Assembly: GCA_021613535.1 (NCBI GenBank)
Contig: CP075492.1
Coordinates: 13,640,001 to 13,704,000 of the forward strand
Reading direction: 5' to 3'
From: Adineta vaga
Lineage: Eukaryota > Animalia > Rotifera
Length of the DNA: 64,000 nt
A program made the translations under genes and the position numbers. The notes under the pieces were generated by a model. It was given only the letters and a program-made list of their open reading frames with translations. It had not been told where the DNA came from and made no database searches. Positions 51,925 through 63,780 of the stretch are shown piece by piece (positions within the stretch are counted from its first letter, which is position 1; each line of letters begins with the position of its first letter).

Positions 51925-52385
51925 ATGAAAATGTCGCGCACATCATTTCCAATGTATTTTGGTCAGAATAGAAAATTTGGTGATGCTGCTTCGACACCAT
52001 TGACTATGATCAGTTTACATGTAGAACAAAAGGTCAATGCAAGTTTTCCATCAATTGATCAAACTGCCACAACAGTAACGTTTAAAAGTAGTTACCATAC
52101 GAGATTACAGAAGTTGGTGCTTTAGAATTTACATTACCGGATACAGCAACAATGTGTGGATTTGGTAAATATAGAAAGTTAGCAAAGAAATCGTTATCAC
52201 CGTTTTTTTTATTTAGGCCTTGATGTCGATGGTCAGATTGTTGATGGTGTTGTTGTTGAAAAGGAAAAAGAAGTTCGAAAAGGTGTCGATCCTGGTTAAG
52301 TAGAAATGGTTACTGAAAATCTATTTCGTACACGAGTATATCCAAATGAAGCGGGAGGAACTCGATTTGTACATGTTATTTTTTA
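51925..52385 (+). pseudogene. Truncated bacterial-type VIT (vault/inter-alpha-trypsin) domain gene
   Basis: EFTLPDTATMCGFG|intron|[38 protein letters not shown]; frameshift near 52120, internal stop, no downstream domain. Confidence 0.7.
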
Positions 52386-52546
52386 TATTCTAATTTATTT
52401 TACTACAATTCTACATAGTTTGGATATTTCATTAGTTTGTACACAAACAAAGAACAATGCCTTCGATATACTTTAGAGAATATCATATTATCAGAATTAT
52501 TTTGCAGTATGTTAAGTACCGCCTACTGTTCCACACAATCCGAGTA

Positions 52547-52594
52547 GGGTGTGGGTGTGGTTCCTATACTCTCACCCACACCCACACCCACACC
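52547..52594 (+). repeat. Telomere-repeat hairpin element, copy 3 (best-preserved core)
   Basis: GGGTGTGGGTGTGG-TTCCTATACTCT-CACCCACACCCACACCCACACC. Confidence 0.8.
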
Positions 52595-52745
52595 GGAACT
52601 ATGCAATCGTTAAGAGATCGTTATTTTAGTTTAGTTAAGTTAGTAAAATAAATTCAAGATGATTGAGTATACGACAAAAAACTATGACAACAAGAGAATA
52701 AGTTTATTTCAAAAATGGAATGAAAAAGATAATTTTAAGTATATT

Positions 52746-54855
52746 TTATAATTGATTTAATGGAACTCTGTTTAAAATAATTTTACCTAGATATCGAGCA
52801 CCATAATGCTGTGTTGTATGTAAACCATCTAATGAGATTAATTTTCCTTCTGGAGTAAAAAGAGGACATGTATGATTAAAAAAACTACATGTCATGTTAA
52901 TTACATCAATAAATATTGATTTATCCAAAGTTTTTTTCAACAAGTCATTTCTTTTCAAAGCATATGTGCATGGTTGTTGATATTGATTTACGCGAAACTC
53001 ATAAGATTTGTTTTTATAGAATGTAACATTTATTGGTACACCAAAGTTTTTCGAACCTAATACAAATAATTTTTGATTTTGTGTTATATTCAATAATTCG
53101 AGTGTTTTTGGTAATCTTTCAATACTCCATTCTTCCCAATAAGCAGCTAATATAATGACATTTGCTTGACGTATAAGTGACAGTCCAAATCGAACATCAT
53201 TGTCATTAATACACATATGTTTGGTATTCTGATAAACCAAGTTTAATCTATCCTCAGGTCCCACATAAATTTGACAAGCAGGACTGACAAAATGACAACG
53301 TATTTCATAATTAGATAAACTATTTGTTTCTACAATCATGGTTAACAAATCCATTCCAAAACTATCACCAACGATTAAAAGTCTTCGATTTGTCTTCGCT
53401 GATGCTTCTGAAAATGTTAAGAAGTCTTTCATACGATAATGAAATTTTTGGTTCACATAATATGGATATCCAAGATGTTCAATATCATACATAAATGTGT
53501 CTACTTCTTTGTGTAAATTCAGACTTATATTGTTTGATGTTCGGTTTATTATAAGAAATCGATTATATATTGGATCATCTATTACGATAGAATGATTGTC
53601 TATTACTGCAGTAATTGTGAGGGAACGTTTATTAGAAGTTTTAATAAGAAATAAAGCAATTAAGAAGATTATTAGTGCTCCTAGCCATGACATATGAAAG
53701 ATATTTTTTCGAGAGAAACGATTTTGATTACGAAATGGTTGTTCCACAAAGAAATAACTGAGTGTAGCAATCAATAGAATAACAATAATCATAGAACTAA
53801 TAAATGAAATATTTTGTATATTAATTTTTTGTAAACGAAAGTAAACTAATAGAGGTTGATGCCAAAGATATGCACTATAAGAAATAAAACCTATTCCACG
53901 TAATGGTCGTGTCGACAAGACACGTCCTACTAAAGTATCATAATTTCCAAAAACAATGACTAAAGCTGTTCCAAATGTTGGTAGTGCAGTATAACAATTG
54001 GGAAAAGGAGGTATGATACGGTTGTCAAGTAATATAACGGATGCAATAATCAATATAAGTCCAATTAAAGCAAAAAATTGTGTCCATATATTAGATGACT
54101 TTTTAGAACTAAGAAAAAAAAAATTATATAGTTCTTTAATTTAATAAGTACAATACATACTTATCATCATTGTTAGTGTTTAAATAGAATGCAGCGAATG
54201 CACCAATTAACAGCTCCCAAATACGTCCGATCGGCATATAGAATGTTGCCCAAGTATGTGGTAGAAACATGTGATATGGTGTTGATGAACTTATTTGAAG
54301 ATTTCCTCCCCATTGTGCAAGAAAAAAACTACCAAATGCAGTAAAACCAAGAATAATCATCAAATAAGACCTTTTTTTATTTGCAAGTAGATAACATACT
54401 AAAGGAAAAACAAGGTAGAATTGTTCTTCTACGGCCAAGCTCCAAGTATGAATTACAGGATTGAATTCAGTTCGTTGTGAGAAATATAAACTATCTTTCC
54501 ACCAAAAGAATATATTCGAAGAAAAAGTAAGAATAGAAATAAGAGAATAGGCAGATTCTTCTAGTAATTCATATGGCATCCAATAATAGGCTATATAAGC
54601 ACTAATAAATGAAATGACATACAGTACTGGTAGAATACGACGGCATCGTCTCTCATAAAAATGAATAAGTGAAAATGTTTCCTTTTTAATATCGTCGTCA
54701 ATAATTGATGTAATCAAATATCCACTAATGACGAAAAATACATCAACACCAATATAACCTCCAGGAGTCAAATGGATTAAACCAGCATGATAAAAAATAA
54801 CTGGCAATAAAGCGAGCGCTCTCAGTCCATCAATTTCTGTACGATAAGTATGCAT
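52746..54855 (-). CDS. OafA/YrhL-type acyltransferase-3 with a C-terminal SGNH domain, bacterial type, with spliceosomal introns
   Basis: YRTEIDGLRA, GGYIGVDVFFVISGYLIT, HTWSLAVEEQFY, ISYSAYLWHQP, GDSF and DGLH motifs; coding intron at about 54108-54160. Confidence 0.9.
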
Positions 54856-55067
54856 TAAAAATATCTATAAATATATAAAAGAGGTAACGAATTTTAAAAA
54901 TACTTACATAAAGAGGTCCATGAAAAGAAATTAGAAATCGTTGTGAATCAACGATTTTCGAAACCGCGATATTGTACGGTTTTTAGGGTATTTATAAATG
55001 ATTTGACTATCGATGGTCAAGGAAACCGGAACGAACCGTGGTTCACAAAAACCAACTTATTTATATA

Positions 55068-55135
55068 GGGTGTGGGTGTTGGTTGGAACCGTGGATCTTC
55101 CTATTCTATATTCACACACACAGCCACAGCCTTCA
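55068..55135 (+). repeat. Telomere-repeat hairpin element, copy 4 (degenerate)
   Basis: gggtgtgggtgttgg...ttcctattctatattcacacacacagccacagccttca. Confidence 0.55.
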
Positions 55136-55638
55136 TTCACTTTTTAACTAATCATAAACGACTAACAGTTTTTTTTCCGCGCCTAGTCGTATTTTAATTA
55201 TCCCGACAATGTAAAATACATCTGCTCTAGATTACCATTGAATTCAAGTTTTATTTTGGCCAAACGGAATATGATCATGTTCACGTCTCAAGCTGCTCAT
55301 GAACGCTTTCCCGATAGCGTCACAATCTTCCGTTCTCCAGATCATTAAGTAACAAAAAATGGAATTTAGGTGATTCTGTCTAGAAAAACAAACTAGTAAT
55401 AAAAAGACGAGAACAAACTCTATAGTATGAAGAAAAAAAGACGAAGAATGGCAAACAAGCATAGTAAAAGATGCCCGAGAAAACATGCTGATCAACAGAA
55501 GACATACATTCGATAGGAGAGAAAATGTGACTGTACTGACTAGAGAGGAATTTCCCAGAAGAGAGAAAAATAAAAACATATAAGTATGTATAAGGGTACA
55601 ACGCATGAAGTCCAAAAATGAAATTAATGAATTTTAAC

Positions 55639-56511
55639 GGTGGATTCTCGTTTCGTCGAATACCTATTTGATTTTCTTGTTTTGTCGAAATTTTTGATAT
55701 ATCTCTTTTTATCATCATTCTCGTTTCGCCGAAAATGAAATCTATAATTAGATTAGCTAAAACGAAACAATTAATCTTGATTGTTCTTATTGTCTTAAAT
55801 GTTCTGTTTCGACAAAAATTGATTAAGCTCATGAAAAAGAAGAGGATATATACTAGGAAAAGTTTCATCTCACTATTCATACTAAGTTTAATTTGAATAA
55901 AGAATAATGTTATCCATTGTTGAGAGTAAACGAAAAAAGTCTACATTACTATTTGATAATTACCGTTACACACAAGACAAAATTAAAAATACCACGATTT
56001 ATTGGAAATGCTCAAATCGTTCTTGTCCTGGTCGTGTTGTTCATCCACATTTTTACATGTTCATTCGTGCAATTCAAAATGATTTTGCTTACAATTCTGC
56101 AATATTCTCGCGTCATGAACAAACTGGTGTATTACCTCCACGGAAAAAACTGTATGTTAATCGAAATGCGCGCTTGAGTAGTTTAGAAGAACGTTTTAAA
56201 TAACATGCATTAACGTTAGATGACTATCTCGCTAAAGTCATGAAATTAATACGAATAAAAAAATACTAGCGTTTTTTGTTGATAGTTTTTTTTTTGTACT
56301 CACACTTATTCTATAATAAATTATTTTTGATAGAAAACATCTCTTTATTTTCGTGCTACTACTCTAGCGGGAAACATTTGATTGATCTATAATCAATCTT
56401 TTACCAATTAATGAGAAAACACTTTTCGACGAAACGAGAACAGTCAATTTTTTATTTTCGACGAGACAAGAATGACGTGAAAAAATAATTTCGACGAATC
56501 GAGAACTAACC
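55639..56511 (+). mobile_element. Internally deleted Mutator-like (MULE/FLYWCH) DNA transposon, 873 bp
   Basis: Termini GGTGGATTCTCGTTTCGTCGAA / TTCGACGAATCGAGAACTAACC; inverted subterminal TCTCGTTTCGTCGAAA-like repeats; perfect 8-bp flanking duplication ATTTTAAC (55631-55638, 56512-56519). Confidence 0.85.
55907..56269 (+). pseudogene. Transposase relic: FLYWCH N-terminus fused to the MULE C-terminal segment
   Basis: L.FDNYRY...TIYWKCSNRSCPGR joined directly to HPHFYMFIRAIQ; premature TAA at 56201-56203. Confidence 0.75.
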
Positions 56512-57401
56512 ATTTTAACATTTACTCTTTTTCTTTCGTTTGATGCGTTTCGCACAGTCAAAAGTGTCCAGAATTATGCATTTCAACAATCGCATTTCTT
56601 TTCTACTTTAAGTTCGTTTTAACTGTTTGTAAACTATAAACGATTCTTTTGCGATGATCATATCAACGCATCAAAACTTCAGATTTCGAACATTTTTTGA
56701 TGATGTACAAGTGTTTGATTAATAAGCCATTTTGGTGAAATTTAAAATCAGGCCTCGCAGCCTGTTTGCTTTCTTGATTCTTTTCCGATTTTTTAAACTA
56801 TCCTGATTCTCCTGCTTTTTATTAAAAATCCTGATTTTGTTCTGATATTTTACGATTTATTCCCATAGGGTGTAAGTTTAAATAACTATCAATTATTGTC
56901 TGTTATTTTACTTCTTCTATCTTCAAAAGTTCAGCAAAAAATACTCCCGAGTATTTCAGAAAATGAGAATTAATGTTCAAATCATATTTATTTCAATCAA
57001 TCAATTTTTATTCTGTTTCTTTCTATATGTGGTGATGATTCTACAAATGAATAGAAAATATGAACTAAAATAAACAACACGCAAAAGTGAATGAAGAGAG
57101 AATATTGAGTAGGAAAAAAGAAACACAATAGGACAGAACGAACAGAATAAAAATAAAATCAGAAGTATGCATTTGAAGGGAAGATTATACTGCTGCAAAT
57201 TTTATTTTTTCTCAGTTTTGACATTTATTAAAGAAATGTACGTTGTATTACTCACTTCTGATCGTTACTCTTTCCCCGTCGTTATGTAAATTTGACGCCG
57301 AACAGTAGATTAGATTTTTAAATGTCCTGATTTTTAACATGTATCGCTGCAACCTCTGATTTTATTCTATAATACATTCTTTTGATGTTCCTTTAATAAA
57401 C

Positions 57402-57473
57402 GGGTGTGAATGTGAGTGTGAGTGTGGTTCCTGTTCTCTCACCAACACCGACACCCACACCCACATCCTTCAA
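57402..57473 (+). repeat. Telomere-repeat hairpin element, copy 5
   Basis: gggtgtgaatgtgagtgtgagtgtgg-TTCCTGTTCTCT-caccaacaccgacacccacacccacatccttcaa. Confidence 0.75.
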
Positions 57474-57641
57474 TCATTTGATAGTAACCGGTATCTTTGC
57501 TCATGTGAAATAAATTTATGTGAAAAAATGTGAATTCATTGGTCTACATGATCATCATCGTATGAAAATGATTAAACCATAGACTTTTTCAAATTGATAA
57601 AATTTTATTTAAACACAAGAAAAGAAAAACAAAATGAAACA

Positions 57642-58697
57642 TTATTTCGTATTTTGAACAATAGAATCATATGCAGGTGGTAGTTCATCATTATCAATAA
57701 ACATTGATTGTTCAGGATTCGAAGAATATGTAACAGTTAATGGATTGAATGTTTGTTGTTGTGTAAAATCAGGATTCGGTTCTGTTCCAACTGTAATCGG
57801 TATTTTAACATCGAAGTCAGTAAACATTCCTTCGACTTTAACTGCAAATCGTAGTAGATAAGTTATATTGACAAAAGCAGAACGAGTAATTCCTCCTTGA
57901 AATTGATACGATGGCGCCATTGATACTAAGGGAATAACAATTGCATACGTTTCTCGAATTTGTTGTTCTTTCGTATTACATATTTTCGGTAAAGTTGTTT
58001 GAAAGATCGTATATCCACGTGTATTTTGTCCAATACGATAAGATTGTAACATAGAAAGATCAATATGTTGAATTAAGACTTTCCGTGGATTATCAATATC
58101 TAATGTAAATGTTATTAATTCACCAGGCACATATCCTAATTTATTTAAAGTGCCTCTTAATGTAATATGCTTTCGATTTTGATTACCAAAACATGTTGAT
58201 ACTAAACATTGAGGCATATGTAATAGATTAACACGTGGATATACACTTAAATATTGTGTTTCTCTTGTATTTGGTTTATACCAGGGCTTATCGATAACAA
58301 CTTGAAGATAATAACGAACGTGTGGATATGCATGAGGATAATTTAATGTTGGAGGTAAATAATCAGTTAAAGAGATTTGAAATGGCCATGAATATTGCCC
58401 TTGATTTAAAACTAATTCTGTTTGTCCAACTTCAGGTTGAGCAAAAATACCTTTCGCTGAATAGAATGGTACATGATGATATTCAGTACGTGTCGATGAT
58501 TGTCCTCGACTATTGGAAACCGTTCGTGTTGTTGTATAACCAATTTCACCAGTTAAACTTACATAAATTTCATTAGCTTCAATTTTTCCCTGTAGTATAT
58601 TCAAACCAACTGTTCCCGACACGATTTCATTACTGAAATAGAATGGATTATTTCGGTCAAGATTTATTGTAATTGCACTACTGTTACTATTACCCAT
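57642..58697 (-). CDS. Alpha-arrestin (arrestin domain-containing protein)
   Basis: G.YSWPFQ..L...LPPT, VRYYL, GYVPGE and IPITVGT motifs; C-terminal PPAY; N-terminal MGNSNS myristoylation-like motif. Confidence 0.9.
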   Translation of the reverse strand: MGNSNSSAITINLDRNNPFYFSNEIVSGTVGLNILQGKIEANEIYVSLTGEIGYTTTRTVSNSRGQSSTRTEYHHVPFYSAKGIFAQPEVGQTELVLNQGQYSWPFQISLTDYLPPTLNYPHAYPHVRYYLQVVIDKPWYKPNTRETQYLSVYPRVNLLHMPQCLVSTCFGNQNRKHITLRGTLNKLGYVPGELITFTLDIDNPRKVLIQHIDLSMLQSYRIGQNTRGYTIFQTTLPKICNTKEQQIRETYAIVIPLVSMAPSYQFQGGITRSAFVNITYLLRFAVKVEGMFTDFDVKIPITVGTEPNPDFTQQQTFNPLTVTYSSNPEQSMFIDNDELPPAYDSIVQNTK

Positions 58698-59028
58698 AAC
58701 TAACGAATGTAATTTCTAAAATACAGGCAAGAATTTTACAGAGGATCTATTTTTTTTCTGCTTAGTAATATGTTTGAAACAAGTGCGATAAGATATCACA
58801 CCTTAAATGACGTCATTTCAACAGCAACATAATTACAATTTTATTTTGTAATATTAAAAACATATGTGTTAAAGTAAATAGTGTGGGTGTTAATTAGAAT
58901 TTAGAGAAGTAAAATCTATGTGCATAAGTAATCATCTTAGGCAAATGGGATTTCGAAACTTTAGAAAAAAAATCAATTTATTTTTGTAGATTTATGATGG
59001 GATAGTTGATCTTTTTTTGTTAAATATT

Positions 59029-59331
59029 TCATACATTATGTTCATATGCAGATGTTTCTACAATTGGTGTGGTATGCATTGGAAGTGAATTAGAAAAGGA
59101 TGTTGGTTGGCTTGAAGCGAATGAACTGTGAAAATAGTTTTTTGCTTCTACAGCTTGTTTTTCTTTGATATGTGATGATCTAATCGCACAACAAATTCCG
59201 ATGAAATAACAAAGTGAAAATGCTCCACCTACAGTATCACCAATCATCAATAATTTATCCGTATATTTCTGTGAAAAACATGTTTGTCTGTTCATTCCAC
59301 AACACGTGCCACCTAAATCAACCAAATTCAT
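59029..59331 (-). CDS. Small single-TM hypothetical protein (possibly a last exon)
   Basis: 100-aa ORF with one hydrophobic helix followed by CC and a Ser/Pro-rich tail. Confidence 0.4.
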   Translation of the reverse strand: MNLVDLGGTCCGMNRQTCFSQKYTDKLLMIGDTVGGAFSLCYFIGICCAIRSSHIKEKQAVEAKNYFHSSFASSQPTSFSNSLPMHTTPIVETSAYEHNV

Positions 59332-59660
59332 GAGTATTTTATACTTATATTTAAATTATTTATGTTTCTGTCGAGCATGATTTTATAGGTAAAATAAAGG
59401 TTTCAGAGTGAGTTAAGCATGTATTATTCATTCTTATATCAATCGATACTACTACTAACTCTGAAGAAATATGAAGTGAATATTCCGCAATGGATTTCTC
59501 TCTTGTACTTGTACATGTGAGACCATGCTAATTAATCTCTTGACTATTAGTTTTATTTTTCATTAATGAAACTACAACAGTTACCATAAGCATCTATTAT
59601 CTATGATTATGACTCTTTTTTTTATTGTTAAATAAAAAATTCATAATAACCAATGCTTGC

Positions 59661-60652
59661 TCAGAATTCATTCAATGGATTACGATTGACCGCAATATCA
59701 TCTTTCATTGCTAGTCGATTTTGTTTGAATCTTTTGAAAAGCATTTGCTTTAATTGTGATGTAAAGAGAACTGTCGATATACTCAATCCAATCATTGATA
59801 AACTAACAAATAACCATTCAATTCGTAGAAGTAATGGATGTTCTTCACCTGTTATATGCAACATAATTAAAAGAACAACACCAGGTATTCCAAGAACTAA
59901 TAACAAACCAATTGTAATAAGAATACGTCGAATAACAAGTAAATCTCGATCTTGTCGTTGTTTTACTAAAATGATTTGATTATTTTTTTGTTGTCGAAGA
60001 TATATTGTAATACGTAGATAAATAAATGATATTGAAAGGATTGGTATACCATAACAATTAAAAGCAAGCCAAAGTATGCCACGAAAATGTCGATATGGAA
60101 CATAACAATAATGTTCATTTTCTAAATAAATCACATCTTGCCAATAACGAATTGGATAAATCAGAATACAAATTGAGAAAAAATCAATGGGAAAAATTAT
60201 TATGTATAACCATACATATTGAAGCCATCGATGAGTTGAATAGACTACACGACAAAGACGATAAAACGCCTGAAAATAAAAAAAAAAGAACAAAATCTCA
60301 AAAGTTATGCAAATTTTTTGCTTACCTGATTGACAAAACTCCAATATAGAGCTGTCAGGACAACGGGAGAGAAATATCCTAGAAATAGACACCATGCTGA
60401 ATCGAAATCATAGCCATATAAGTCACCTAATAACGTCTGAATATTCGAGAGAATGAGAAGTATCATATAGATTAAAAGTAATAAATAAATGATCAGACAA
60501 TGTATAATCGTTATTCTATCATCCTGTTTAATACCATTGAAATAAATATGAACGATAATCCATAGAAAAATAATCAATGAGTTCAAAAATGTTATTCCAT
60601 CGATACTAAATGTAATGACATTCAATATAAATCCAGTTTGATTAAACATCAT
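59661..60652 (-). CDS. Orphan class A GPCR, 2 exons
   Basis: LYWSFVNQ|AFYRLCRVV joined across a GT-AG intron at about 60270-60326; RDLLVIRRI in TM6; seven TM segments. Confidence 0.82.
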
Positions 60653-61842
60653 TTAACTATTGAACGTATTTATTGTTTCAATACAAAATATTCTTGTGTC
60701 GAGATAAAAGACAACTCAGATGATTATAAATGAAGTACCAGACTTTAAATAATTAAAAAGAAGAGAATCTTTTTTTACAGGCAATCTTGTCAGAATAATA
60801 ACTTATCTTCCTGTTAATTCGCTTGACACGCATTTTGTTCAAAGTTTAGATTCTTAATAGAAAGAAAAAGTGCATTTATCAAACAGAATTTTAATAATAA
60901 GAAAACTATTTTCAAAGATACAAGTCTCAGAATATAGCAACTCCACATCACCTAAAGAAACAATCTTCTTCTGTTTTCAGCATACGATACCTCGCGTGAT
61001 ATAAAAGTTCATTAAGATACGTAATGCTTATATTTATTATAATATCTTGCAGACATATATAATCTTTTCATTAGTTTAAATTAATATATATAAAAGTTAA
61101 AACGATAATAGAAATCTTCCTCTCTACATACGCCACGTATAGTTAGCATCATACATTGCGTCAGATTGTTCGTACTTGTAGATATAGATAAGTTAAGGCA
61201 TGAATTTTTTCATAAAGGAATATTTTGACAATAGTAGCTATGAAACAATATGATTTTGTATCGAAAAATGAAAATATATTTGTCAAAATGTCTGATCAAC
61301 GAAATGAAAATCAACGGTGTCAAAAACATAAACTTATGAATCGAGAAAAGAAGCGAACAAATCCGATTTTCATAAATGATTCATCCGATATGTTATTTCA
61401 TTGTCAGAGTCGTTATTTATCATAATGTAAATATAATTATATTGCATTGAAAGGTTGTTATAAATATAATCCATCAAAAATCAAAACATGTAAAAGAACC
61501 AATCTGACTGCAATTTGTGATTCGGATTGGGAATATCTATTATATGGATGTTGCGTATACTGTCAACACCATGGTATGTTATCATTTTCTTTTAATTGTG
61601 ATATCTTGAATGTATTCGCAAATCGAGTCCCCATTGGAAATAATCAATCAAGAAATATCAAAACTAGCGATCAACTAGAGATTTTTTTACAATATAAATG
61701 TAATTTTGAATCACTTCAGAAAATTGGTCATCAGAATTGTCTTTAGTATGTAGTTGTTCATAATCCTGTACATTAAATTTTGGTAAATCCTAGTCTACTG
61801 ATATTGTATATCCTAGAAGACATGAAACACGATTGAATTAAG

Positions 61843-63780
61843 ATGTGTATGATAGAAAAATCTCCAGTTGATCGCCAGTTCTGGCACTCTCTAATTGATT
61901 ACCCTAAATGGGAACTCGATTTGGTGAAACGTTCAGGATATTACATAGGCTTCCGTCACGAAGATGATTGGGATTTTTGTAACGAAAATCCATTCGTTAC
62001 TACAACATCATTACAGCCTTCAATAGAGTGTGCTATCAATGAAAATGCTACAGGTTTTCTCGATGTCCTTATAAGACAACAACAAAAATTGAATTATGAT
62101 GAAAAGAAATGTTCAACAGACGATATATTTCATCGATGTAAATGGCGTTATCGACATACGATGCTTAATTATGCAATCGATCGTAAAGCTTCTGAATGTA
62201 TTAGCTTGATATTAGAAAATATTTTTGCTAGACGAATCTATTTCACAATTATCGATCATGTTTGTTTAAATGGACGAACAGCACTTTGGTATGCATGTCT
62301 AAATGGAGATTTTGATCTCGTACAAATATTAGTTGAACGTGGACGTGCAACAATTCATAAATGTGGAGTTTTGATAGTTGCTACACAAAATGGCCATCGA
62401 ATATCGTTGATTATCTTTTATGTAGAGGATGTAATCCAAATCGACGAGCAGAAAAAATTGCAATGAAACTGCATTGCATGCAGCTTCTCGTCGAAATCAT
62501 ATTAATTTAGTGAAATTACTTCTAGCATGTGGTGCTAATACGACTGTATTCGATTATAAGGAAAGAACTCCTTTAGATTATGCCATACACAAAAGACATA
62601 ATGAAATAGGTAAAATCCTTATAAGTCATCAAAATGGTTATTTTATCATGAGCCAAACAGGTTTTACACCTTTGATGTTAGCTACCTATTGTAATAATCA
62701 ACCAATCGCTAACATACTTGAGAATATATTATCGACTGAACAAATTCTAGATGAAATGACTTTAGTTGCTTGTATGTTATACGAAATGATGATAATAAAT
62801 TACGTATGTATGCATTGATGGTTAGCGAACGATTTCTATTAAAAATGAATAAAATAAATTGTTTTATTAAACTTCTTCTAAAACAAAGCAATACCTATAA
62901 GCATCAAGGAATGTTGCACCGTTGTCTTCAATTACGAGTGCATGTTTATCAACTACTGATGAAATTCAATCAGTCTCCAAATAGTAAATATCATCAAAGT
63001 TCTCTTAGTGGATTAACCAGTCTTCTATGTGAATATCCTGCAGAAAGGAGATAAAATTCCTATCAAATCACTAGCAACTATTTGGATATGGATATTAAAT
63101 AGAAAAAGCGATAAAAAACAAATTACTCATCTATTTAGACTTCTCTTCTTGATAACACATGTATGTGGTATTTTTCAATCGAATTCTATTGATGTTTTTA
63201 TTATAGCTCATTGAATCCGGAAGTGTAAATGACAATGAACGTCATATCCTTCTGGATCTTGTATATCAAGCGTTACAAAAAAATATTATCATTGAAAATG
63301 AATATCCTCTGTTCAGCTATTTGATTAGCAGAATATCAATGGGTCAGCATATCTATACGTATTCCTTTCTCAAGTATGAATTATTAATATAAAAAATTGT
63401 AATATATTTCGCTTTTAGTATTCCAATTCTATTTAGCCTTCGTGTTTCAATTGATAGTGGAGTAGATGTGAATGAAGTTATTCTAAGCGCAAAATCAACA
63501 CTATTACATTTGATTGCTCGATGTCGTAATATTGACAAGATCTGTCATACAACTACTTCTAGATACAGATGCTCACATAGATTGCATCGATAGAAATGGT
63601 TCAAAGCCAGAAGACTTAGCATTGATTTGGGAAATTCGAATGTTTCTACAAGAGAATCGAAAGCTTTCTCTTAAATGCCAATGTGCACATTTGATCAATA
63701 CACGAAATCTGTCCTATAGAAGTCATCTTTCATCGGCACTTATTAATTTCATTCGAATGCATGGTACAGTTTGTAGTTGA
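61843..63780 (+). pseudogene. FEM1-like ankyrin-repeat protein with a C-terminal BC/VHL-box; several frameshifts
   Basis: GRTALWYAC, TALHAA, TPLDYA and GFTPLMLA ankyrin motifs; C-terminal DAHIDC.D..G and SLKCQCAHLI; broken into five or more ORF pieces. Confidence 0.75.

Noticed and set aside
52547-52594. Possible true telomere-telomere fusion site or CRISPR-like repeat
   Set aside because: Only 2-4 repeat units per arm, and the same spacer recurs at other loci, which indicates a dispersed element; there is no repeat-spacer array and the context is eukaryotic
48131-54855. Operon-like biosynthetic gene cluster (glycosyltransferase + P450 + acyltransferase)
   Set aside because: The genes have mixed orientations and apparently different origins, and nothing in the sequence shows a shared pathway; kept only as an HGT-rich cluster
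56740-57370. Scattered CCTGATT/AATCAG motifs suggesting a degenerate MITE
   Set aside because: No convincing termini or target-site duplication could be defined
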